The position numbers and the translations under genes are program-made. DNA of 63,738 nucleotides, the filler included, from Rhizaria sp. SCN 62-66 (lineage: Eukaryota): the NCBI GenBank assembly GCA_001724265.1. It is 6 parts of 6 records of this genome, joined end to end, with 100 filler letters (N's around TTAATTAATTAA, not from the genome) between each part and the next. Parts side by side here need not be neighbours in the genome. Positions count along the whole stretch, not along the records: positions 18,951 to 39,406 come from MEDY01000674.1; positions 39,507 to 57,347 come from MEDY01000675.1; 4 more parts are not named here. One strand, written 5' to 3'. Below are positions 35,394 to 45,800 of the stretch, in pieces. Numbering within the stretch: the stretch's first letter is position 1; every line of letters begins with the position of its first letter. A model generated the notes under the pieces. It did no database searches and was not told where the DNA came from. It saw nothing but the letters and a program-made list of their open reading frames with translations.

Positions 35394-38300
35394 ATGCCGC
35401 CCCAGCCGCGGCGGCGCATCACCAAGCGCGCCGACAGCACCGACCCCAGCAGCAGCACATGCGGCGGCGGCGGGCTCGACGCCTTCTGTGACTGCACCAC
35501 GCCCGCCCGCACGCTCGCCGCGCTGCTCGGGCCCGCGCTTTACACGCCGCTGCCCGCTGCGCTTGCCGCCGCCCCGCTGGCCGCGTCCACGCACCACCCC
35601 GACGCGTACCGCTGCCTCTCGCCAGCGCCAGCGCCAGTGCCAACGCCACACCCTACTGCCACGGGCACGTCCTCTGCCTCTGCCTCCGCCTCCGCCTCCG
35701 CGGCTTCCGGCGCCCCCCCCGCGATCTCGGGTCTCTTTGCGCTGCCCTCGACGGCCATGCACCGCCGCCGCGCCGCCGCCCTTCGCGCCACGCTGCCCGC
35801 GCCGCTCGCCACGGCAGCCGTGCTCGCCGACGTGCAGTTCGTGGACAAGAGCGACGGCCGCAGCTACCTGGGCGCGCACAGGCGCTACCGGCGCTCGCGC
35901 GACCACCTGACCATTGCGGCGGCGACGTGGGCCGTGTACGCACTCTGCGTGCGCGACAGAGGCCGCGCCGACAGCAAGGCAAGCGCGCACAGTGGCTGCA
36001 ACAGCAGCGGCAGCAACACTCCTACGAGCAGCAGCAGCAGCAGCAGCAACGACGACGCCTCGGCGCCGTCCCTGCGCGCGCTGCTGCGGTTGGATCCCTG
36101 GACGGCGGTGTCCGCGGCAGCGGCGGGCGTGTTTGCGGTGCCCGCGGCGCTGCTGCCGGCCGTGGCGAGGCACTGCGCAGTCGCCGCGGCGTCGGCTTAC
36201 GTGCACTGCGGTGGCGATCACGCTGGCGCTGACACTGGCACTGACGCTGCTGCTGCTGCGTCTGATGCGTCTGATGCTGCGAGCGCGTGCGACGACGCGG
36301 TGGGGCGCGCGATCGCGGCGATCCCCGCCCCGCTCCTTGCGCCCCTACTGCCCGCAGCGACGCCGGTGACGGCTGCAGCACCAAATGCGGCAGCAACAGC
36401 AAATGCGACTGCCGTTACGACGCCTGCTATGGCTTCCAAGTGCGGCTGTGGTCTCGAGCAGCAACAGCAGCAGCTGAGCGGTGACTGCAAGCAGCAGCAA
36501 CAGCATGATAACAACCTCGTGCGGTCAGCCTTGGCCGTGCGCATGCTTGCGATCATTCACGCAATCAAAGAAGCCGGCGAATACGCCCTCGAAGGTCCGA
36601 CACCAGCATCACAATTGCCGTCTGCAGCAACAGCAACGACTGCGACGCACGAGTCGCCTGCGCAGTCTAGCCAGCAGCCGCAGTCGCCACGCGAGTCACA
36701 GGCGGCGCGCGGAGAGTTGCCGCCGTCTTTGACTCGCGTCTTCTCCCAGTCCCGCCTGGCCGCGCTGGGCTTCGACTGCGAGAGCGAGTGCGCGCCCGCG
36801 ATGCACTTGCAGCACAGTCTAGAGAGGCAGACTGCCACCGGCGCTGGCACTGGCCCTGGCACTTGCACTGGGGCCGGGGCCGGGGCGGCGAACGGCGTGT
36901 CTGCGGCCCGCCTGGCGCTGCCTGCGGTGCTGCAGCTGGGCGACGTCATCGACGGTTACAACGGGCCCATCCAGCTCCCCACCTCGCTTCATAGTACGCC
37001 CCCCGCCTCGCTCCCTAGCAGCGAGGACTTGAGTCGCGGCAACGCGGCGTACGCGGCGCTGGTCTCGACGCGCCTACCGCTGCTGGTGGCGCGCAAGTTT
37101 GTGCTCGCGTGCGCGCTTCCGGAACACGGCGCCGGTCAAGACGGCCACCTCAGCCGTGTGAGTCGGGGCAGTGGCGGTGCTGGTTGCGATCAGGGCGGTG
37201 TTTCGGCCAAGGCGACGGAGACCGAGTCCAAGGCAGCGGCCGCGTCTACTTTGTCTTCCACTACTTCTGCTCACAGTCACTCTGCTGCTACTGCTGCTGC
37301 TCACGGTCACTCTGCTCGGGCGCTGAGCGACTTCCCCCTGACTTGCAACCTGATCGGCAACCACGAGCTTTACTGCGGCAGCAAGGAGCTCATCCACGCC
37401 CTCATGCCGCTCCGCCCTGCGCTTGCCGGCAGTAGCTGCATTGCGGCCACTAATAGTGTTGCTGGCAACGCTGGCGAGAGCAGTCAGAGTTGTGCGACTG
37501 CGCGTGCGAATGCGAGCGCGCGTGCGAGCGTGACTGTGCGTGTTATCGTCGGAGAGGCGTGCGCCGATACTGAGGCCGAGACTGAGGCCGAGGCCAGCGT
37601 CGCTGTCGATAGCGACCGTGACAGGCGTGATAATGATGATGACGGTGCGTGCAGTGACGACTACAGCGACGGCTGGTCGCGCTGCGACAGCGAGGAAGGC
37701 TGGCTCGACAACAGTGACGACCTTACGAGCAACAACAACACTCAGGAGCCTAAGACCAAGGCCACCGGGCACACGCAGCCTGAGCAGCGCGGCTCTCGCC
37801 CCAGCGGCAGCGACTGCGCCTGCGGCGCCTCCGTCTCTGTCTGCGACGGCGACGGCAATGACTGGAGCAGCGACCGCTGGTACTACAGCCGCCGCCTCTG
37901 CCCAGGCTGGCTCGTCGTGGCGCTCGACAGCTACCAGGTGTCGACGCTCGGGGACGCGGCGACGCGGCGCGGCACACAGCGGCCGCCGGGCTGCACCGCC
38001 GCCGCGCTGCGCTACCGCTATAGCAGCACTACTAGCAATGACAGCAGCGATGCTGCGGCAGCCGGCACGGCAGCCGACACGGCAGCAGGCACGGCGTCGC
38101 AGTGCGAGGGCGCGTGCGAGTGCGAGCGCCGCCGTGCCATCCGCGCGCAGCGGCGGAGCGCGCTGGCGGCGCGGCTGCTGCACCGGCGCAACCCCAACGT
38201 GGCGCTGGGCACCGACTGGTTCCGAGGCATCTCCGGCCGCCGGCAGCGATGGGTGCCCTTCAACGGCGGCTTCGGCAAGCAGCAGACGCGGTGGTACGTT

Positions 38301-38861
38301 GCTTTAGATCACTACCATAGCGCATATTTCACTGATTATATCGATATGGGCATCTAAAGCGAATGAATAGGTCTCATATATACCGAACGACTTAGTTATA
38401 CGTTTGATTACATTTTTGTATTTTCTCGCTCATATCAACACTGACAACTGATATCCCTTCCATTCACTTTTGCACTTTGTCTCTTCTCGCTCACTGCGTC
38501 CCCCCGCAGGCTCGACTCTGTGCTGTCGGCCGCGCGCGTCCGCGGGGACCACGTGCTGCTGCTCTCGCACATCCCGGCCTCGTACACCGTCTGCGGCCCC
38601 ACGGCGGTGCCCTGGGACGTGTCGCGCCTGACGGCCGTGCTGCGCCGCCACCCGGGCGCGGTCGCGCTCGCGCTCGCGGGCCACGATCACGCCGGCGCCG
38701 TCGGCTGGGACCGGCGCGCGCGGACCTGCTTCGTGACCGTGCCCGCCCCCATCGAGGCCGCGGAGGGCGGCGGCGCGCTCGCTGTGATCGAAGTCAGGCC
38801 GCGGCGGGTCGACATCAGGGGGCTGGGCGACGTGCCGGACGTGACTGTGGAGCTCGAGTGA
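35394..38861 (+). CDS. ADPRM: Mn2+-dependent ADP-ribose/CDP-alcohol diphosphatase-like metallophosphoesterase; exons 35394-38293, 38510-38861; 1083 aa
   Basis: Motifs in order: LADVQFVDKSDG, RRYRRS, VLQLGDVIDGYN, IGNHELY, VALDSYQVS, LLHRRNPN, WVPFNGGFGKQQTRW|LDSVL, LSHIP, AGHDHAG. The intron GTACGT...CGCAG splits the Trp codon. Confidence 0.88.
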
Positions 38862-39406
38862 GCTTTAAGAGCGCCCAGTCAAGATAGCAGTGTGACAACA
38901 CTTATGAGGTGAACAGGTGAACAACCACAACAGTCCACAGCAGACAGACATGCATTGTGTCACTTTCTATGCTTTGTTTTACATTAGGATTCATTTTTAA
39001 GTACCCCTGATGTAGAGGTTTATGAAAAAACGTGTTTTCCGCGATTTTCGCGCCTTGGTGCGCACTTTTCTATTTCACTACGAGCGAAATAGTCCATCTT
39101 GGTTATATTATTTATATGCGTGGAAACATCTGGCTTGGCTGACTTCTATGGCCTCAAAGTGGACGGAAGGCAAATTTCTTACACTTCCTGGGCGATCCGC
39201 GTCTTTCATTTACATGATATATACACAGATACGGGTTTTAACGGATCAGAAAGGCAACAAACGTGTTCAAAATAAAGCGAACAAATTGGTTTTAATTTGA
39301 TTTTGTCGGATACTTTCTTTTCACTGTTTTACGTTGGGTAAAGCTCACCGCGTCCCGTGGGCGCGATGTGCTGGATTTCTAACGGCTCGCAGGAAGAGGC
39401 GGTCCG

Positions 39407-39506
39407 NNNNNNNNNNNNNNNNNNNNNNNNNNNNNNNNNNNNNNNNNNNNTTAATTAATTAANNNNNNNNNNNNNNNNNNNNNNNNNNNNNNNNNNNNNN
39501 NNNNNN
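39407..39506. other. Artificial contig linker
   Basis: N44-TTAATTAATTAA-N44. Confidence 0.98.
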
Positions 39507-39510
39507 CACA

Positions 39511-39570
39511 CCGTCCACGCCCGACCATGTCCGACCATGCCCGACCATACCTGGCCATGCTTAACCATGC
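39511..39570. repeat. Degenerate 10-nt tandem repeat (CCGACCATGY, about 6 units) at the contig start
   Basis: ccgtccacgc ccgaccatgt ccgaccatgc ccgaccatac ctggccatgc ttaaccatgc. Confidence 0.75.
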
Positions 39571-39732
39571 TGAATCTCAGGCAAACGCGCACAGATAAAG
39601 AATTGTTTCTACCCATATAACATTGCCGATCGGATAAACCTAGAATTGAAGGAATCATGGAGAAACAACGACTACAAGTATCTCAAATCATCAATGCAAA
39701 TTCATGCCAGACCATGCCTCCCCGGTCCGCCG

Positions 39733-39798
39733 GGGCATCCCAAAAAAGTCGACCTTTTGAGAACGACCTTTTGGGCATCCAAAAAAGTCGACCTTTTG
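39733..39798. repeat. Direct repeat GGGCATCC(C)AAAAAAGTCGACCTTTTG x2, each copy an imperfect palindrome
   Basis: Two near-identical 26-27 nt copies with a partial third (CGACCTTTTG) between them. Confidence 0.75.
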
Positions 39799-40248
39799 GC
39801 GACCCAAAGATTGGCCTGAAAACATGATCCACGGAGGTCGACCTCTTGTAATGTCAACATCCTGAGTTCGATTCAATTTTTTTACTATGGCATAATATAC
39901 GGGCTATTTTATTTTTTACTCCGTTGCATATCCCAAATATGTCTTGTCATCGTCTTCCGGTGGCTTATAGACTTTAATGGTTGCGGGGCGAATATGAGGT
40001 CGATGGCGCGCATTATAGCGGCGCTATTTCTCGACATCATCTTTAGTGTTGAAGATACCCATTGTTGTGGTGAATCGCTGAGAGGTTTTTTCGACAGGCA
40101 ATGCTGGTCGGGTAATATTTGAGCTTCCACCGAATAGATATTTGTACCACGCATAAATAACCCTGGATTAAAACATGTAGATAGCCTAAATTCCGGATTT
40201 TTAACCACAAATTCGTTGATTACAGAAGCATTTAACAGTGTTTCGAAG

Positions 40249-40320
40249 AGACTTGTGGTGTATCGGTTGCATAGTTCGTTAACACCGAATTGGTAGTGGG
40301 TTCGACTCCCATCAGGTCTA
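40249..40320 (+). tRNA. tRNA-Val(AAC), copy 1
   Basis: Cloverleaf: AGACTTG/CAGGTCT, GTGT/GCAT, GTTCG-TTAACAC-CGAAT, GTGGG-TTCGACT-CCCAT, A73, followed by a T-rich Pol III terminator. Confidence 0.9.
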
Positions 40321-40771
40321 TTTCTTTTTGTTTCGCGCCACACTTGCTGCACGCAGGTGCCACCTTAACTCTCACTTATTCACGAGTCAGCAGTTATTAT
40401 TTTTTGCTGCTCGCTTTGCTACATTCGTCAGTTGGCTAGTTGACGTTGTAATAATACTAGTACATGACTGAGTACGAATAAGCGCTCTCCCTGAATGTTA
40501 TTTCTCTTGTGTTTCGGTACTAGTACTTAGTACTACTAGTACTAGTAGTAGCTCGGGATGAGTGGTTCATTTTTTGTTCGTTCTCGCCCACCAGAACCTT
40601 AGAAAACACAAACAAACGTGTTTAGGTGATACCTACTTGTGTAAATACTGTGACCACATAAATTACAGGCCGAGTCGCCAACTTTTAGGATATCGCAAGG
40701 TAAACCTTATCAAAAATGCGTATAAAGTACTTAAATTTTAATTGTTCAAAAACGAATTCGTCATATTCGAC

Positions 40772-40843
40772 AGACTTGTGGTGTATCGGTTGCATAGTTC
40801 GTTAACACCGAATTGGTAGTGGGTTCGACTCCCATCAGGTCTA
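40772..40843 (+). tRNA. tRNA-Val(AAC), copy 2
   Basis: 72 nt identical to copy 1; oligo-T downstream. Confidence 0.9.
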
Positions 40844-41199
40844 TTTAATTTTTTTTGCTCCGGGCCCGAGTCCCAGGCGCCCAGATCGCACATTCGCGGT
40901 TGGATTTTATTTTTTTTGCTTCACGTCACTGCAAAACGTTGCTCAACGTTGTATCATTACTATTACTATACGACCACATGGATTGGGTGAGCAGCAGAAA
41001 AAAAGTGACAGGATCAGACGTGAGGTAGTGTGAGTGCTGAGTAAGGCACAGTGGAGGGTCTATGCAGTGTCTGAACAAAAAGGTGTGAGAAACAACCAAA
41101 AAAAGAATGGCGTCGTGCGCCGTGCATCGTGTACCGTGCGCCACGAAAAAGCCAGAGTGCCGGGGTGTTGGGGTGCCGACAGGCGCAAAAAAAATTAAA

Positions 41200-41271
41200 T
41201 AGACCTGATGGGAGTCGAACCCACTACCAATTCGGTGTTAACGAACTATGCAACCGATACACCACAAGTCT
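41200..41271 (-). tRNA. tRNA-Val(AAC), copy 3
   Basis: Reverse complement identical to copy 1; oligo-T downstream on the minus strand. Confidence 0.9.
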
Positions 41272-41855
41272 GATGAACTCTGTTACCGATTTCATGTTGG
41301 CGGCCCAAAATTTAAATTATTTATATATCTAAATTGAGCAACTTTGAATGTTGATATACAGCTTGATACATGCAAATTAATCATAATGATGTGTTTTTAT
41401 GTGTATATTATCTTCTAATCTACTCTTACTTAAAAGGGGCATGTTGTTCGCAAACATTTATCTTTGAAAAAGTATGTTTAAAAAAAATGAGGTTGAGAAC
41501 AGGCACTTGAGTGGCAAGTACACCTAACGCATACGAAGGTTGGTCATCAAGTGTACGTTTTGCGTCTTATTGTGCTCCTATGTCGTAGGTGAGCATAAAC
41601 AAACGTAAATGTGAGAGTACTGTAAACGCCCCACGCAGTGCATGAATGCGCACACTCATGCATGCCGTCATACGTTGTGCGCATGTGTCGGGAAGGTAAG
41701 GATAGCTGCCTGTTACTGGAGTGTATGACACTTCTTTAACAGGCGGGAATGTGTGCAGGCGGGTGGAGGTGGTTCCAAAAAGAATATGACTGCCCCTCCA
41801 ACACAGCGACGAATTACGCGTCGGGAGTTGGAACAACGCGGAAAACAAAAAGAAA

Positions 41856-41927
41856 TAGACCTGATGGGAGTCGAACCCACTACCAATTCGGTGTTAACGA
41901 ACTATGCAACCGATACACCACAAGTCT
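41856..41927 (-). tRNA. tRNA-Val(AAC), copy 4
   Basis: Reverse complement identical to copy 1; oligo-T downstream on the minus strand. Confidence 0.9.
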
Positions 41928-42414
41928 TTTAATTTTAGCTCACTAATATGAAAATATGTGAGTGAAATCAGTATTTTTTGTCTAAAATGCAAATTTTAAG
42001 TTATACAAACAGATCTTTGATAAAACTGCATCCGAACTTATCCCTGGAAAAAAAGCGCCTGTTACTGTGTTAGTACATCTAGATATAAAATTCAAGCGGT
42101 TTTATATATGACTCTAAAAATCCACATTGTGCAGCGTTCTGTTCACGCGACAGTACTCGTCTGAAAAGTAACCGTTTTTTTCAAGTACTCGCACCGTCCT
42201 TTTTCTAGCCTGGCAGCGATAGCATAGGAAACAACAGATACCAGCTTTAGTGACATTTTTTACACCAGGATTGAGCACATTTCCAACACGTGCACTATTT
42301 TTTGTTCCAAGCTTGATTGATGCTTGTTCCATGCAGTTTACAAAGTTATGTGAGCTCGGTTTTAGTGGTTCTTATACGTACTATCTATATTCAAAATTTC
42401 GGGTCAAATTACAC

Positions 42415-42486
42415 AGACTTGTGGTGTATCGGTTGCATAGTTCGTTAACACCGAATTGGTAGTGGGTTCGACTCCCATCAGGTCTA
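42415..42486 (+). tRNA. tRNA-Val(AAC), copy 5
   Basis: Identical to copy 1; long oligo-T downstream. Confidence 0.9.
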
Positions 42487-42801
42487 TTTATTTTTTTTTG
42501 CCACCTGGCCTGGTCTGCATGTCTGCATGCCTTGGCCGTGACAGTGCTATTTTTTTTTGCTATTTTTTTTTGCTACCTGCCATGCGTACTTGTTCCAACA
42601 CAGCGTGGACCACAGAAATATCAACTTCAACTATTATCAGGATTCAATCTGGGTGCATACATTGAATCTTAAGCTTATTAGTATTATGTATCAACAATGC
42701 AACTCTATTTATAAAACATTTTTGTTGACTGTCGACTCTTCATCACCTTGTCCTTCGCATCAAGTCAAATCCGCACGTCACACATTGTGGTGATGTTGAG
42801 C

Positions 42802-45800
42802 TTACCTGAGTAACCCATAGGCGCCTGCAACAGTCAAATCTCGGTTGACGCCGCCGTCAATCCACCCAGCACCGACACCGCCGCCGCCACCACCACCAGT
42901 AGTGCTACCAACGCTTCCACCAGTGGTTGCAATCGCAGCGGAGGTTGTCCCAGCTGTTGACGAAGTAAAAGCACTAAAACCGGTCCTATTTGCGTGAGCA
43001 GAAGCAGCTGCGGCAGCAGTGGCAGTGCGCTTTTTGGCTGTCGTCGCATTGCTACTCTGCGTCATGATCGCAGCCCGGTTTGCGTTGGTGTGGGCGTTCG
43101 AGTTGTCGAGGCCGATGCCCCTGAGAGGGCCGCCGACCGAGCGCAAGTGCTCTGCGTGCGTCGCGGCCGCCGGCACAGTCAGCGGCGTCAGCGTTGACAG
43201 TGGCGCGGGCGGCGGCGGTAGCGCGGGGACTAACGCGGACGCAGCAGCAGCGAATATCATAGTGTTCTTGTTATTGCTGGAGTTCGCTTTGCTATCACTA
43301 TTCACGTTCGATTTACCGCTCTTGTTATTTTTGGTCTCAGCAGCTGTTGTGTGCGCAGTGACAGTGGCTGCCAATGAGGATGGCTCTGCCGACAGTGTTG
43401 AAGTTTTGCTGTTCGCGGAGCTTCCGTTGTTGGAGAGTAAGCGAGCTAAGATAGCACTTTTGCTGTTATTACTGATCGTTGCAGAAAGATGAGCACTCTC
43501 AGTTAAAGCACCAGTGACATCAAAGCTGTTGTTTTTCGCGGTGGAGTTGTTTGCACTGCTGCTGATGTTGGTGTTGTGACGAACCTCAGCAACCGCGGCC
43601 GCAGCGAGCTCCGTCGCCGCCGCGGCCGCCTGCCTCTGTTGCTCGGACATCGCACTCGCTGCCGCCAGCGCGCGGCCAATGCCGGCTGCAGCACCAGCGC
43701 CGGCGCGACCGCTTTTGGCCGCTGTGGCAGCGGCGGCGGCGGCGGGGGCGATGGGAGGCAATTGCGGTGGCAAAGGCCACGACAGAAGCTCTTGCCCAGC
43801 TTGCTTGTTCTTCGCGAGAGACAGCGCGACATTGCGGCCGTTACCAGTGCCGGCAATGCTGCTGCCGCTATTGCTATTAGTGGTATTCGAGTACGAGTGA
43901 CTCGTGGTAGGTGCAGTGACAGTCACGAGAGGTGGCAGCGGCGGCATGCGTCTCCTCTTTCGCGCGCTGTTGGGGCCGTTAGCGTTGGCAACTGTCACGG
44001 TCGTCGTTGGAGTGATTAGACCTAGCTCAGCACTACTGTTGGCGTTCGCGTTCAAGCTCGTGTTGGAGCTACTGTTAAGAATGTTGCTCGTTTGTAGCAC
44101 CAGCGGCCAGGGTCCTTCAACGGCAACTGCGACACGGGCAGCTTCTTGCGGCGTCAGAGTCCACACAGAGGTGGGGAGCAGAGCCGACAACACTGCACGG
44201 CGGGCCTCTTCTCCAACTCGATCAGCGTCACTATTGTTGCGATCGTTGCTCACATTGACTCCAGAAACAGGACTTGCGCTGTTGGGACTCATAGCACTGT
44301 TACTGGAGCACAGATTCGCAGCGGCTGTTGCAGCAGCAGCTTCGGCAGCAGTAGCGAGAGCCTTGGCTGCGGCTGCCTTGGCAGTCGCGGGCGTGACTGT
44401 CAGCGAACCAGCTGCGACCGCAGCAGCTGCTGCAGTTGCTGCGCGAGCGGCAGCAGTCGCAGCGGCGTTCGCAGAAGCAGCGTAGCGAGCAGACGCAGAA
44501 GTGTAGCCGCCAGATTCAACGTTTGCCAATTCAGCCGTTAAAGACAGCAAAGCACTGTTACTATTTTTGTTGTTGTTATTGCAGCTGAGTGCAGAATTCG
44601 TTGAAACATGATCAGGCGAGAGTGAATTCGCAATCGTACTACTGTTAGAATGCGTTGTCGGGAGAGATTTGAGTGCTGACACTTGCAATTGCGATAATCG
44701 TGGCTCAAAAGAAAAGCCAGTGTCAGTCGCATTGGTCTCATCATCATCGCCGCCGCCGCCGTCGCCGTCGCCGTGAGATGCACTGAACACGTCGTGCGAA
44801 GAGTCAATGACGACTCCCGCAACACCAGCGCCTCCCATCTCGGCACTGTTGCCGCCGTCACCGGCGTGTGCAGAGGAAGTAGCACTGTCACCATCTTCGC
44901 CACTGCTGCCCAGGGTCACAAAACTCCTCCTCGTGGCGTCGCTGCCGACACCAATGCTGTCACCGTCATCGTTCGCAGTGCCACTACTACCACGATTACT
45001 GTCGTTAGCGAGCATGAGCGCATCGTCGTTGTTTAAGCCGCTGTTGTTATAACTGCTTCCAACGCCACCACCACCGAGACTGTTTGAGTTACTCATCATC
45101 ACTCCAAACAAGTGATTCCCGTCAAAGTGGCCGTGAGCACGCGTGTTATGGTCGACGGAAAACACGCCGTCGCCAAACCTCACCGGCGCGGCCGTCTCGT
45201 CCAAGGCCAGCGGGCGCGCGCGCGCGGCGGCGATGGACGCGGTGGAAATAACGACGCCGCCGCCGCCACGGTGAGCCAAGTGGCCGTGGCCGAGGCCGAG
45301 GCCGTAAGCGCTGCGGCCGTGGCTGTCGCCGGCGTAGCGCAGGCGGGCGTGCGGGGGCACAAGCGCTGCGGAGATAGGAGGAGTGGCGACCCGTAGCGCG
45401 GGAGTGTCTGCAGCACTTGGAGCAGGAGTTGCGACGCCAGGTGTCGCACGAGCTGAGGAGGTCGTTACGGAAGCAGCAACACCAGTCTCTGTAGCAGCGG
45501 TAGCGGCAGCCTTCGCAAAAGAGAGAGTAGAGTCACTGGCTGTTGCAACAGTACTTGCGCTGCTGCTTGAATTCAAGTTGGCAGTCATAATATCAGGTGT
45601 GATTGCGCTTGGCGTGGCAGTAGCGGTCGCAGGTATTGCTGGTGGCGTAGTCGCAGTTGCGACGGAGGCGGTAGGAGCTGAGGCATCTATAACAGTGTCC
45701 GACATTGATGCTGAGGCTGATGCTGAGGCTGATGCTGAGGCTGGGTTTGAGACTGCGGCCCTTGCAGCCAAGTCAGAGACAGATACAACACCACTGCCCG

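Noticed and set aside
5947-38320. Hundreds of overlapping alternative-frame and antisense ORFs
   Set aside because: These are shadow ORFs expected from very high GC and GCN/CAG repeat codons. They are Arg/Pro/Cys-rich and have no motifs.
40279-40285. Reading the tRNA anticodon loop TTAACAC as a TTA (ochre suppressor) anticodon linked to the stop reassignment
   Set aside because: With the 5-bp stem GTTCG/CGAAT the 7-nt loop puts AAC at positions 34-36, and TTAACAC is the standard Val loop. UAA is a real stop here. No CTA-anticodon tRNA was seen in this window.
40518-40551. GTACTAGTACTTAGTACTACTAGTACTAGTAGTAG palindromic tract in a tRNA spacer
   Set aside because: A simple TAG/TAC microsatellite-like sequence, single occurrence, with no evidence of function.
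40249-42486. Identical repeats with unique spacers as a CRISPR-like array, and the short ORFs (NRPDGSRTHYQFGVNELCNRYTTS) overlapping them
   Set aside because: The repeats are 72-nt tRNA cloverleaves in both orientations, hundreds of nt apart. The ORFs are antisense translations of the tRNA genes.
42796-42810. AG|GTAAGC as an intron donor, which would place the tRNA cluster inside an intron of the giant gene
   Set aside because: The same bases read AGG TAA GC, matching the stop+GC signature, and no downstream coding exon was found. RNA data are needed to exclude it fully.
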